Source: Syntrophorhabdus sp. PtaB.Bin047 (GTDB lineage Bacteria; Desulfobacterota; Syntrophorhabdia; Syntrophorhabdales; Syntrophorhabdaceae). From it: a DNA stretch of 64,000 nucleotides. The translations under genes and the position numbers were made by a program. Location: positions 70-64,069 of the forward strand of contig MVQP01000006.1 in the NCBI GenBank assembly GCA_002067235.1, written 5' to 3'. Shown here piece after piece: positions 27,955 through 36,966 of this stretch; position 1 is the stretch's first letter, and each line of letters opens with the position of its first letter. The notes beneath the pieces are model-generated. The model worked only from the letters and a program-made list of their open reading frames with translations, was not told where the DNA came from and ran no database searches.

Positions 27955-27980
27955 TTCTTCCTGTCACTTCTTCCTGTCAC
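27955..27980 (+). repeat. perfect 13-bp tandem direct repeat (TTCTTCCTGTCAC x2) upstream of the candidate locus promoter
   Basis: Copies at 27955-27967 and 27968-27980 are identical and abutting, 7 nt upstream of TTGACA. Confidence 0.85.
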
Positions 27981-27987
27981 AAAACCC

Positions 27988-28016
27988 TTGACATATGGGC
28001 GTGCAATTGAGATGAT
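27988..28016 (+). promoter_or_regulatory. candidate promoter of the glycan locus
   Basis: TTGACA (27988-27993), 17-nt spacer, GATGAT (28011-28016). Confidence 0.35.
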
Positions 28017-28109
28017 GTGTTTGTTCAGGGGTTGAACAAATCAATAATCCGGCCAAGCAATCGTAAAAGCATCAACCACTATGGCGGTAGCCTGCCCGGA
28101 GATCGTGCC

Positions 28110-28451
28110 ATGAACGAAGCACAATTCAAGACACTTCGTGAACTCTCCGGTGAAGGAGAGATCTCCCAGCGTGATCTTTCGAGACGAATAGGGCTGAGCC
28201 TTGGAAGCGTGAATTTCATTCTCAAAGAGCTCATAAAGAAAGGATTCGTGAAGGCGCAGCGTTTCAAGAATTCCAACAACAAAGCCGCCTACATCTATGT
28301 CCTTACGCCTCAGGGTATAAACGAGCGCGTGAAACAAACGCAATACTTCCTGCAGTTGAAGATGAAGGAATACGAACGGTTGCAGAAGGAGATCGAGGAG
28401 CTCAGGATCGAGAACACCATCAATGAATTGAAGGAGCCGAATGGTGAATAA
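28110..28451 (+). CDS. MarR-type winged-helix regulator (EPS-locus-associated type)
   Basis: 'ISQRDLSRRIGLSLGSVNFILKELIKKGFV' wHTH followed by a C-terminal coiled coil. Start at ATG 28110 ('MNEAQF'). Confidence 0.75.
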   Translation: MNEAQFKTLRELSGEGEISQRDLSRRIGLSLGSVNFILKELIKKGFVKAQRFKNSNNKAAYIYVLTPQGINERVKQTQYFLQLKMKEYERLQKEIEELRIENTINELKEPNGE

Positions 28452-29523
28452 CTCAAAAAATGTCCCCTATTACGCATTTGGAGAGGGTTCTCTAGCCGGA
28501 CTTGGCACCTTGCTGGCGGAACGGGCAAAGAGTCGTGGCGGTCGCTGTATCTTCTTTGTGGACCATTTCTTTCAGGGACGATCCCTGGTTCGGGACCTGC
28601 CTGTTGAGGAGGGCGATACTCTATTCTTTGTCTCCACCGTGGATGAGCCGACAACGGACGGGATCAATGAATACTACTCCGCCATAACGGCGAAGTACCA
28701 CGAGCTCCCCTCGGCTATCGTCGGCATCGGCGGGGGCTGTACCCTGGACACGGCAAAGGCGGTCTCAAACCTCCTGACAAACGGGGGGAAGGCCGAAGAC
28801 TATCAGGGGTGGGACCTCGTGAAGGTACCGGGTGTTTACAAGGTCGGTGTGCCCACCATTTCGGGCACCGGCGCGGAATCTTCGCGGACGTGTGTACTGA
28901 CCAATCGACGGAAGAACCTCAAACTCGGCATGAATAGCGAACACACCATCTTTGATCAGTTGATACTCGATCCCGCTCTACCCGTCACGGTGCCCAGGAA
29001 CCAGTACTTCTATACAGGAATGGACACATATATCCATTGCATTGAGTCGTTGAACGGAAGTCACCGGCATGCCGTTGGCGACTCCTTCTCGCGCGAGGCC
29101 CTGGCCCTGAGCAGGGAGGTCTTCGGTTCCGCGGACATGCAGAACAGAGCGAACGTGGAGAGGCTCATGGTAGCCTCGTATCTGGGAGGATGTGCCATAG
29201 CCAACAGCTATGTCGGCGTCGTTCATCCGCTTTCGGCAGGTCTGAGCACGGTCTTGAAGATCCATCACGGTCTTGCCAACTGTCTTGTCATGAACGTGAT
29301 GGAGGATTTCTACCCAAAGGAGACGGATGAGTTCCATCGTTACATGGAGGATCAGGGTGTTGACCTGCCGTCAGGTGTGACGGGAAATCTGGACGATGAC
29401 GGTTTCGCCAGACTCTACGAATCCACCATCATCCATGAGAAGCCGCTTGTCAATGCCCTGGGTGCGGAATACAGGGCCATCCTGACGCGGGAAAGAGCGT
29501 CGGAGATCTTCAGGAGGATATGA
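28441..29523 (+). CDS. iron-containing alcohol dehydrogenase family protein
   Basis: 360 aa. 'IVGIGGGCTLDTAK', 'GTGAESS', 'HCIES...H' and 'HPLS' fit the Fe-ADH fold. Confidence 0.75.
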   Translation: MVNNSKNVPYYAFGEGSLAGLGTLLAERAKSRGGRCIFFVDHFFQGRSLVRDLPVEEGDTLFFVSTVDEPTTDGINEYYSAITAKYHELPSAIVGIGGGCTLDTAKAVSNLLTNGGKAEDYQGWDLVKVPGVYKVGVPTISGTGAESSRTCVLTNRRKNLKLGMNSEHTIFDQLILDPALPVTVPRNQYFYTGMDTYIHCIESLNGSHRHAVGDSFSREALALSREVFGSADMQNRANVERLMVASYLGGCAIANSYVGVVHPLSAGLSTVLKIHHGLANCLVMNVMEDFYPKETDEFHRYMEDQGVDLPSGVTGNLDDDGFARLYESTIIHEKPLVNALGAEYRAILTRERASEIFRRI

Positions 29524-30707
29524 CGGGACCCACGGATTTCAGGATCAGGTTCAGCGGCAAGGGGCACGACTATACCCCCGAAGAGATCGATACCGTCGTG
29601 CATGCAATGAAAACGGCGGAACCCTACACGCAGGGCGAGTATCAGAAGGCCTTCGAAGAAAAATTCGGCACCTATATCGGAAGCAGGCATTCCTTTGCGG
29701 TCAACAGCGCCACCTCCGGCCTGGAGCTTGCAGCTCAGTTGTGTCAGTTCCGGCCGGGAGATGAGGTCATCATACCGTCGCACACGTTTACCTCCAGTGC
29801 TTATCCCTTCGCGAAGAAAGGCGCCAGGATAATCTGGGCGGATATTGACCTCAAGACGAGGGTCGTCACCGCCGAGACGATAAGGCCTAGGATCAGCGAG
29901 AGGACACGGGCCATCGTGGTCGTTCATCTCTATGGCTATGCCGCCGGTATGCGGGAGATGATCGATCTTGCCCGTCAGAGGGGTATCCTGGTCATCGAGG
30001 ATGTGGCGCAGTCCATGGGTACTTCCGTGGATGGCAGGAAATCGGGTACATTCGGGGATATAGGCGTCTTTTCCCTTCATTCCCACAAGAATATAACGAC
30101 CTTGGGGGAGGGTGGTGTCATCACCGTGAAGGATCCCGGGATGGCAGCCGTGATTCCCATGCTGCGGCACAACGGGCATTGTCCCTTCCCCTGCGAGAGG
30201 GAACACTACTGGATACCGGCGATGGGCAATGTGGACCTTCCCGTTCTGAACGGCAGCGAGTTGATGCCGAACAACTTCTGCATGGGTGAGGTGGAATGCG
30301 CTCTGGGCGCGAAGCTGCTTGACAGACTCGACCGGATGAACCTGGAGAAGCGCACGAGGGCCCTCTATTTTATCGACGCCCTGAAAGAGTACGACAGCAT
30401 CGAGTTCCACCGGGTGGAAACCGACCGGCACAACTATCACCTTCTGGCAGCGCGTGTCACCAACGGGAGGCGCGACGAGATAATGAGCTTCATGGCCTAC
30501 GAAAAGAAGATCCAGTGTGTTGTCCAGTACTATCCGTTGAACCGGTATCCGTTGTACCGGAAGCTGGGATTCGGTGAGGCCGCGTGTCCCAACGCGGACA
30601 CGTTCTTCGATAATATGATCTCTTTCCCTTTTCATCACTGGATGCCGGATGACGATTTCGAGTATCTGCTGGAATCCACGAAGGAAGCCCTGGAAAGGTT
30701 CTCCTGA
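29520..30707 (+). CDS. DegT/DnrJ/EryC1/StrS-family PLP-dependent sugar aminotransferase
   Basis: 'EDVAQSMG' and 'FSLHSHKNITTLGEGG' (Schiff-base Lys). ATGA overlap with the Fe-ADH gene. Confidence 0.85.
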   Translation: MTGPTDFRIRFSGKGHDYTPEEIDTVVHAMKTAEPYTQGEYQKAFEEKFGTYIGSRHSFAVNSATSGLELAAQLCQFRPGDEVIIPSHTFTSSAYPFAKKGARIIWADIDLKTRVVTAETIRPRISERTRAIVVVHLYGYAAGMREMIDLARQRGILVIEDVAQSMGTSVDGRKSGTFGDIGVFSLHSHKNITTLGEGGVITVKDPGMAAVIPMLRHNGHCPFPCEREHYWIPAMGNVDLPVLNGSELMPNNFCMGEVECALGAKLLDRLDRMNLEKRTRALYFIDALKEYDSIEFHRVETDRHNYHLLAARVTNGRRDEIMSFMAYEKKIQCVVQYYPLNRYPLYRKLGFGEAACPNADTFFDNMISFPFHHWMPDDDFEYLLESTKEALERFS

Positions 30708-32362
30708 TGCCGGAAGCCCTCAAAGACATGGGAGACGGTCACGGACCGGCGGTAGTCATTCCCGCCGTGAAGAAGAACGTCGCTTTTCCCGACGACCTGG
30801 TGAAGAAGCTCTCGGGGACGAGTCTGATACAACGCGCCATCGATATCGCTGCCCAGGCCTTCTCTGTTTCGCGAACGTATGTATTGACGGACTCGGAAGA
30901 GATAGACCTGATATGCAGACGTAACAACGTCACCTGCCTGTATGACAGGGCCCTGCGGCTCGACCCGGAGAACTATCTGGGTAGTATCAGGCCGTATATC
31001 CTGCCCCTGGCCGTGGACTGGCAGGATATAATGATACTGTCGCCATACGTCCCTCTCATCAAGGCAAATGAACTGCGCGAGGCGTATCGCCACTACCACG
31101 ACCGGGGGGCGGAGCTTCTGGTGCCTGTAAACCGCGATCTGCATCGCCCGTACGCGCCGTGGAAGAGGGAAGTGCACCATATGCTGTATGATGTGGCCGA
31201 GACGGAACTGGCCACCGAACTGAGGGCCTTCAGCATATTCAAGAGCCGTCTCCTCGAGGAGCCCGCCGGATACCTGGTGGAGCCCGTGGCGTACCAGCTC
31301 AGCGGACGGATGATCGAGGTACGAGGTTACGAGGACTGGTGGTTGTGCGAGAAGCTCCTTAACCGCCGGAGGATAGTCTTTCGCGTAATAGGGCACAGGA
31401 CGGTGGGCATGGGTCATATCTACCGCTGTCTGGCGTTGGCCCACGAGATCACAGACCACGAGATACGTTTTGTCTGTGATACCCGCAGCAGCGTGGCCGC
31501 CAACAAGCTGGCAGGTTACGACTACTGGCTGGGGGTCTATGAGCCTGATGAGATCGAGGATGCCATCATCTCGCTGGAACCCGACCTCCTCATCAATGAC
31601 ATGCTGGACACCTCCCGGGAGTACGTTCGCCGCCTGAGAGACAGAGGCATTCGTGTTGTCAATCTGGAGGACCTCGGCACCGGAGCCGTGGAGGCCGATC
31701 TGACGATCAATGACCTTTTCGATGAGCCGTTGTTCGAAGGGGGGAACATTCTCTGGGGAAACTACTGGTTCTTCGTCCGTGATGAGTTCTCGGATGCCAG
31801 GCCGCACAGGTTCAAGAACAAGGTCTCAAGGCTCCTGATTGCCTTTGGCGGCACCGATCCGGGCGACCTCACGCGAAAGATCCTCCGTGCCGTTCTGCCT
31901 TACTGCGCGCAGCAGGAAGTGGCGGTTGACGTGGTCACGGGCGAGGGTTACGGGCACATCGAGGAACTGGAGCGCGAGGTTGCCGGCATCAGGGACGCTG
32001 AAGTGACCTACACGTACGCGACGGGGATCATCTCCGACATAATGGAAAGGACAGAGATCGCCATCTGTTCGAACGGGCGGACGGTCTACGAGCTTGCCCA
32101 CATGAACATCCCCGCCATCGTCCTTTCCCACAACAACAGGGAGAAGACACACTGTTTTGCCTGCGATGAGAACGGGTTCGTTCCGCAGGGGATGTATGAA
32201 GGTGAAAGAAGCGACAGGGCCGTGAGCGATGCGTTGAAGAGGCTGGTCGAGGATACCGGTCACAGGCGCAGGCTTTTCGCGAAGCAGCAGCACATCAACT
32301 TTGCACGCAATAAAGGGAAGGTGGTCCGGCGCATCCTTTCCCTGCTCAGGGGCGCGCCGTGA
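30707..32362 (+). CDS. fusion protein: N-terminal cytidylyltransferase-like domain + C-terminal PseG/SpsG-like (GT28-C-type nucleotide-sugar hydrolase) domain
   Basis: 551 aa. N-terminus 'AVVIPAVKKNVAFPDDLVKKLSGTSLIQRAI' is NeuA/PseF-like but divergent. C-terminal half 'IVFRVIGHRTVGMGHIYRCLALA...LLIAFGGTDP...ICSNGRTVYELAHMNIPAIVL' is PseG-like. Confidence 0.65.
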   Translation: MPEALKDMGDGHGPAVVIPAVKKNVAFPDDLVKKLSGTSLIQRAIDIAAQAFSVSRTYVLTDSEEIDLICRRNNVTCLYDRALRLDPENYLGSIRPYILPLAVDWQDIMILSPYVPLIKANELREAYRHYHDRGAELLVPVNRDLHRPYAPWKREVHHMLYDVAETELATELRAFSIFKSRLLEEPAGYLVEPVAYQLSGRMIEVRGYEDWWLCEKLLNRRRIVFRVIGHRTVGMGHIYRCLALAHEITDHEIRFVCDTRSSVAANKLAGYDYWLGVYEPDEIEDAIISLEPDLLINDMLDTSREYVRRLRDRGIRVVNLEDLGTGAVEADLTINDLFDEPLFEGGNILWGNYWFFVRDEFSDARPHRFKNKVSRLLIAFGGTDPGDLTRKILRAVLPYCAQQEVAVDVVTGEGYGHIEELEREVAGIRDAEVTYTYATGIISDIMERTEIAICSNGRTVYELAHMNIPAIVLSHNNREKTHCFACDENGFVPQGMYEGERSDRAVSDALKRLVEDTGHRRRLFAKQQHINFARNKGKVVRRILSLLRGAP

Positions 32363-33075
32363 CGGGGGCGGTCGTCGCCGTAGTGCAGGCACGGATGGAC
32401 GCGTCGCGCCTGCCGAACAAGATGATGCTGTGGCTGAAGGGCATGCCCGTTGTCGAGTGGGTCTATCGAAGGGTGACGATGTCCGGAATGGTCGACCACG
32501 TTGTCTTTGCGTTGCCTGATACAAGGTCGAACGACGTCCTGGAGGATTTTCTCACAGGCGTCGGCGCCAGTGTATTTCGGGGCAGCGAAACGGATGTGCT
32601 GGGTCGTTTCTATCAGGCCGCGCGCGTCCACGAGGCGGAACAGGTCGTTCGGGTCTGTGCGGACAACCCCTTCGTCTGCGGTTCGGAAATAGACAGGTTG
32701 ATAGAATTTTTCCGGGAAAACGACTATGACTACGCGTACAACCATATACCGCGCAATAACAGGTATCCCGACGGATTGGGCGCCGAAATAGTGCGTTTTC
32801 CGTTGTTGCGTCGGCTCGAAGAGGCTGCGGTTGAGGCGTCACACCGTGAACACATCTTCAACTACATATGGGATAACCGGGACAATTTTCGCATAGGCAC
32901 CTGTGACCCCCTTGATGAAAAGATCGCGTATCCCCACCTGAAACTGGACCTCGATACCCCCGATGATTACGCGTGGTTGTTGAGGCTGCAGGTGAGGCCC
33001 GACATGTCCGCCCGCGAGGTGGTATCGGCGGCACTTTCATACCCCAGGAGCAAGGAAGATGAAAAGACTGGCTGA
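32359..33075 (+). CDS. SpsF/FlmC-type cytidylyltransferase-family protein
   Basis: 238 aa with GTG start. 'VVQARMDASRLPNKMM' and 'VCADNPF' motifs as in SpsF-like proteins. Confidence 0.75.
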   Translation: MTGAVVAVVQARMDASRLPNKMMLWLKGMPVVEWVYRRVTMSGMVDHVVFALPDTRSNDVLEDFLTGVGASVFRGSETDVLGRFYQAARVHEAEQVVRVCADNPFVCGSEIDRLIEFFRENDYDYAYNHIPRNNRYPDGLGAEIVRFPLLRRLEEAAVEASHREHIFNYIWDNRDNFRIGTCDPLDEKIAYPHLKLDLDTPDDYAWLLRLQVRPDMSAREVVSAALSYPRSKEDEKTG

Positions 33076-34123
33076 ACTGATAAGGGAGTACCGTCCCGAG
33101 CAGTATCTTACCCGGAGGCCGTATGTGATCGCTGAGGCGGGTGTCAACCACGGGTGCGATATGGATATCGCCGCCCGAATGATAGAGGAGGCAAAGGAGG
33201 GCGGGGCCGACGCAATAAAATTCCAGACCTACAAGGCGGAGACGATAGCGTCGAAAGACTCCCCGTCCTACTGGGACCTGAGCAAGGAACCGACGGACAG
33301 CCAGTATGAGCTCTTCAAGAAATACGACAGGTTCTGGAAGAACGAATTCGAAGCTTTGAAGGACCGCTGCGACAGGGTGGGGATCGAGTTTCTGAGCACC
33401 CCTTTCGATGTCGAGTCGGCCGCCTTTCTGAACGACCTCATGGATGTCTTCAAGATATCGTCGTCGGATCTCAATAATAAACCCTTTGTCGAGTACCTGT
33501 GCGGTTTCGGAAAGCCGATACTCCTGTCCACGGGCGCGTCCTACATGTGGGAGGTGGAACAGTCGGTGAGCTGGATACAGGACAGGGGCAATCCCCTGGC
33601 CTTGCTCCACTGCGTGCTCAACTATCCCACGGATGACGCCAACGCGAACCTGGCCATGATCCTGGAATTGAGGCGCGTTTTCCCCTGCAACGCGATCGGC
33701 TATTCGGACCACACGCTGCCGGGTGAGATGAGGTGCCTGGAGACAGCCACGCTTCTGGGGGCTTCGGTGCTGGAAAAGCACTTTACCTACGACAAGACAC
33801 TTCCCGGGAACGATCATTATCACGCGATGGACAAGGAGGATCTCAGGCGTTTCAACGCACGGATGGAGAGCCTGTTCCTGATGCTGGGGCAGAGGTTGAA
33901 GCAGCCGCTCGCAAGCGAGGACAGTGCACGGAGGAATGCCAGGCGAAGCCTTGTGGCGGCGCGGACGATCCCGGCCGGGAAGACACTGGAGCAGGGGGAC
34001 CTGACGTGGAAGCGGCCAGGTCACGGCATCGACCCGAGGGATTACGACAGGGTGATCGGGAGAAAGGCCAGGGAGGAACTGGCGGAAGACACCGTTCTTC
34101 AGTGGAGCATGCTCGATGCCTGA
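33059..34123 (+). CDS. NeuB-family nonulosonic acid synthase (NeuB/PseI/LegI/SpsE-like) with SAF domain
   Basis: 'VIAEAGVNHGCDMDIAARMIEEAKEGGADAIKFQTY', 'GYSDHT', C-terminal SAF 'RRSLVAARTIPAGKTL'. Confidence 0.88.
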   Translation: MKRLAELIREYRPEQYLTRRPYVIAEAGVNHGCDMDIAARMIEEAKEGGADAIKFQTYKAETIASKDSPSYWDLSKEPTDSQYELFKKYDRFWKNEFEALKDRCDRVGIEFLSTPFDVESAAFLNDLMDVFKISSSDLNNKPFVEYLCGFGKPILLSTGASYMWEVEQSVSWIQDRGNPLALLHCVLNYPTDDANANLAMILELRRVFPCNAIGYSDHTLPGEMRCLETATLLGASVLEKHFTYDKTLPGNDHYHAMDKEDLRRFNARMESLFLMLGQRLKQPLASEDSARRNARRSLVAARTIPAGKTLEQGDLTWKRPGHGIDPRDYDRVIGRKAREELAEDTVLQWSMLDA

Positions 34124-35414
34124 TATCGTCTCGGAGATCGCCTCCTACCTCAGGCGCCTTTTTCCGATATGCCGCAGCATAACGGGAGAGGGAAACCGCG
34201 AGACGCTCCGCATCCTTCAGGAACTGGTGCCGTTGAAGGTCCTGGAATATCCTTCCGGGCAGAAGGTCTATGACTGGACCATTCCCCGGGAATGGAACAT
34301 CAGGGATGCCTGGATAAAGAACGCTTCAGGCGAGAAGATAGTTGATTTCCAGAGATCAAACCTTCACGTTGTCAGTTACAGCATACCCGTCCATGCCCGG
34401 ATGAAAAAAAGGGACCTTGTGGAACATCTCCATTTTCGGGAAGACCTGCCGTCCGCCATTCCTTACAGGACGACCTATTACAAAGAGAACTGGGGGTTTT
34501 GCCTCTCTCACGATGATTACATGAAACATTTCCGTGACGACGAGACGTACGAGGTGTTCATAGACTCGGAATTGAAGCAGGGCAGCCTGAGCGTCGGGGA
34601 ACTGACGATAAAGGGCAGGACGGATAAGGAGTATCTCATATCCACGTATATCTGCCATCCGTCCCTTGCCAACGACAACCTGACAGGCCCGGTGCTGACG
34701 GCATTCCTCGCGCGGGAGCTCCTCAGGGAAAAGACCAATTTCAGCTATCGTGTGGTCTTCGTCCCCGAGACCATAGGGGCGATAGCCTACTGCGCGAACA
34801 ACGAAGAGGCCATGAAGAGGATAGGGACGGGATTTGTCGTGTCGTCAGTGGGAGGTCCGGGCAAGGTTGGCTACCGCCAGAGCTGGCAGAAGGATTCCGT
34901 CGTCAATTCCGTCATCGAGGAGACATTCAGGGAGAAAGGGATTACCGACTACAAGGTCTATCCTTTCGACATACACGGCAGCGACGAGCGGCAATACTCT
35001 TCCCAGGGATTCAGGATCAACATCGCCAGCATCAACAAGGACAGGTTCTATGACTACCCGTACTACCACACCTCGCTCGATGACCTTGATTTTGTATCGG
35101 CTGAGAACGTGGCGTTCTGCCTCGACCTCCATGTTGCCGCACTCAGGAGCCTGGACAGGAACATCGTTTACCGGAACCTTTCTCCCAACTGCGAAGTGAT
35201 GCTCAGCAAACACGGCCTGTATGAGACGACGGGGGGAGGCCAGCTCCCTGTCTTCGGTACAAGGAATCGACAGGATCTCATTCTGTGGCTGCTATTCCAT
35301 TGCGACGGGACGAAGTCGCTGTGGGAGATCTCAAGGCTCCTCGACATGCCCGTCGGTCCGTTGTTCGATCTGGCGGAGGAACTGGCGAAGAGAAATCTCT
35401 TGGTGGAGAGTTAA
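34116..35414 (+). CDS. aminopeptidase-like-domain protein (DUF4910/DUF2172-type) with a C-terminal winged-helix-like tail
   Basis: 432 aa. 'CRSITGEGNRETL', 'YDWTIPREWN', 'ICHPSLANDNLTG' as I remember for this polysaccharide-locus-associated family. Not verified. Confidence 0.55.
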   Translation: MPDIVSEIASYLRRLFPICRSITGEGNRETLRILQELVPLKVLEYPSGQKVYDWTIPREWNIRDAWIKNASGEKIVDFQRSNLHVVSYSIPVHARMKKRDLVEHLHFREDLPSAIPYRTTYYKENWGFCLSHDDYMKHFRDDETYEVFIDSELKQGSLSVGELTIKGRTDKEYLISTYICHPSLANDNLTGPVLTAFLARELLREKTNFSYRVVFVPETIGAIAYCANNEEAMKRIGTGFVVSSVGGPGKVGYRQSWQKDSVVNSVIEETFREKGITDYKVYPFDIHGSDERQYSSQGFRINIASINKDRFYDYPYYHTSLDDLDFVSAENVAFCLDLHVAALRSLDRNIVYRNLSPNCEVMLSKHGLYETTGGGQLPVFGTRNRQDLILWLLFHCDGTKSLWEISRLLDMPVGPLFDLAEELAKRNLLVES

Positions 35415-35487
35415 GGCGCGACGCATTCCCTCCGACCGGTCCACGGAGGAATGCGGTGAGGGCGTGTGGCCCGTGGGCCAGGGAACC

Positions 35488-36966
35488 ATGGAAGACGTTA
35501 TGATGATCAGATTCACTCCGGCGGATATAGATCAGTTCAAGGAGCTGAGCGGGGACGTGAACCCTCTTCACACCGATGAGATTTACGCCAGAAAGACCCC
35601 GTTCGGTGAGAGGGTTGTCTACGGTATACTGGTGCTGCTGCGCGCGATGACGGTCCTGAAGGGGAGGACGATCTTCCTGAAAAAGCTCAAGGTCGATTTT
35701 GTCCGCGCCGCCTTCCCTGATGTCCCGTATTTCGTGAAGGTTTCTGAGGAAGGCGCGGATAAGATAGTGCTGAGAGTATTTGACGGGACGATAAACGTGC
35801 TGAAAGCCGACCTATCCATAGAGATAGGACCCTTGCATGTCCCGGGTGCCTCCGCTGCCGGACAGGTTCAGACCCTGAGGGAGCCGAGGGCCCCGACACT
35901 TGAGGAGATGGGCGGCAATTACTCTTTTTCGGGCCAGTACGGCATGTCCATGCGTCCCGGACGATTGACGGAAGAGCTCAGGTCGCTGGATTGGCTCGGT
36001 GTCTGGCAGCTGGCTGTGATAGTGGGTTCCAGCTATGTTGTTGGAATGGATGTTCCGGGACGGCAAGCGTTGTTTGTCGGAATGGATCTGGAATTCCACC
36101 ATGCGTACCCTGCACGGGGTGTTCTGGAGTACGAAGGGAGTGTCAGGAGGGCCGACGAACGCGTCGGGCTGGTGGAATTCGACTGCAGATACGCAGTACA
36201 GGGGGAGCCCGTAGCCTCCGGAAGGTACAAGACATTCATGCGCCCCGATCGCCGGGTAGATAGCGAGGCTGACTCCGGGGCCGAGGTCCGGGAGATCATG
36301 AAGGGAAGGACCGTGGCGGTGATTGGAGGAAGCAGGGGTATAGGGGCCAGGGTTGCGGAGAGCATGGCCAGACACGGGGCAAACACGATCGTCTGCTATC
36401 AGAAATGCAGCGACGACGCGATGTTTCTCAAAAACAGGTATCCCGGCAGGATCACACTGATGCAGGGTGACGTTTCGAGTATGCCGTGGTGCATGGACCT
36501 GGCCCGCGGGTATCCGGCACTGGACGGGATCGTTCTTTGCGCTTCCCCGGCGATCAAACCGCTGAGATTCGATGTTCACACCGTCGACAGGGTGAGCGAA
36601 TTCATCGAAAGGAGCGTAAGTTTGGTGGCGACGCCCCTTGCGGCATGCATATCCGCCCTGAGCGGGTCGGGAGGAAAATGCATCGTCATGTCCTCAGATG
36701 TCGTGAACCGGCCCTTCGTGGACTGGCCGCACTATGTAGCCGCAAAGTGCGCCATAGAAGGGTTTATCAGAACGGTGAGGCTGCAGTATCCTTCGGTGGA
36801 GTATCACATCCTGCGCCCCCGCAAGGTCCTTACAGACCTGATAAACACCAATATGGGGCGCATCGGCGCGATATCACCGGATCTCATCGCGAAGAAGATA
36901 ACGGAGATCTTCCTGGACGATACACGTTCAGACCACGTCAATATAATCGAGGACTTTGAAGGCTAG
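35488..36966 (+). CDS. MaoC/hotdog-fold dehydratase-like domain(s) fused to a short-chain dehydrogenase/reductase
   Basis: 'FKELSGDVNPLHTD' (MaoC motif). C-terminal SDR 'VAVIGGSRGIGARV' and 'YVAAKCAIEG' (YxxxK). Start at ATG 35488; the upstream 89 codons of the tracked ORF are rejected. Confidence 0.75.
   Translation: MEDVMMIRFTPADIDQFKELSGDVNPLHTDEIYARKTPFGERVVYGILVLLRAMTVLKGRTIFLKKLKVDFVRAAFPDVPYFVKVSEEGADKIVLRVFDGTINVLKADLSIEIGPLHVPGASAAGQVQTLREPRAPTLEEMGGNYSFSGQYGMSMRPGRLTEELRSLDWLGVWQLAVIVGSSYVVGMDVPGRQALFVGMDLEFHHAYPARGVLEYEGSVRRADERVGLVEFDCRYAVQGEPVASGRYKTFMRPDRRVDSEADSGAEVREIMKGRTVAVIGGSRGIGARVAESMARHGANTIVCYQKCSDDAMFLKNRYPGRITLMQGDVSSMPWCMDLARGYPALDGIVLCASPAIKPLRFDVHTVDRVSEFIERSVSLVATPLAACISALSGSGGKCIVMSSDVVNRPFVDWPHYVAAKCAIEGFIRTVRLQYPSVEYHILRPRKVLTDLINTNMGRIGAISPDLIAKKITEIFLDDTRSDHVNIIEDFEG

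Noticed and set aside
28441-33075. Fe-ADH + aminotransferase + cytidylyltransferase considered as a phosphonate (2-AEP/CMP-AEP) decoration pathway
   Set aside because: No PEP mutase or phosphonopyruvate decarboxylase is recognisable anywhere in the window. The neighbouring PseG-like and NeuB-like genes point to nonulosonic acid chemistry instead.
29415-34024. Series of long minus-strand ORFs (29415-30638, 30635-31807, 31826-32524, 32858-34024) opposite the aminotransferase/PseG-like/NeuB-like genes
   Set aside because: Each lies antisense to a confidently assigned plus-strand gene and has an Arg/Pro/Gly/His-rich composition. They are treated as GC-driven open frames.
35221-35487. N-terminal 89-codon extension of the hotdog/SDR ORF
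   Set aside because: The extension overlaps the end of the preceding gene and is Arg/Cys/Ser/Trp-rich. The MaoC-like domain begins right after ATG 35488.
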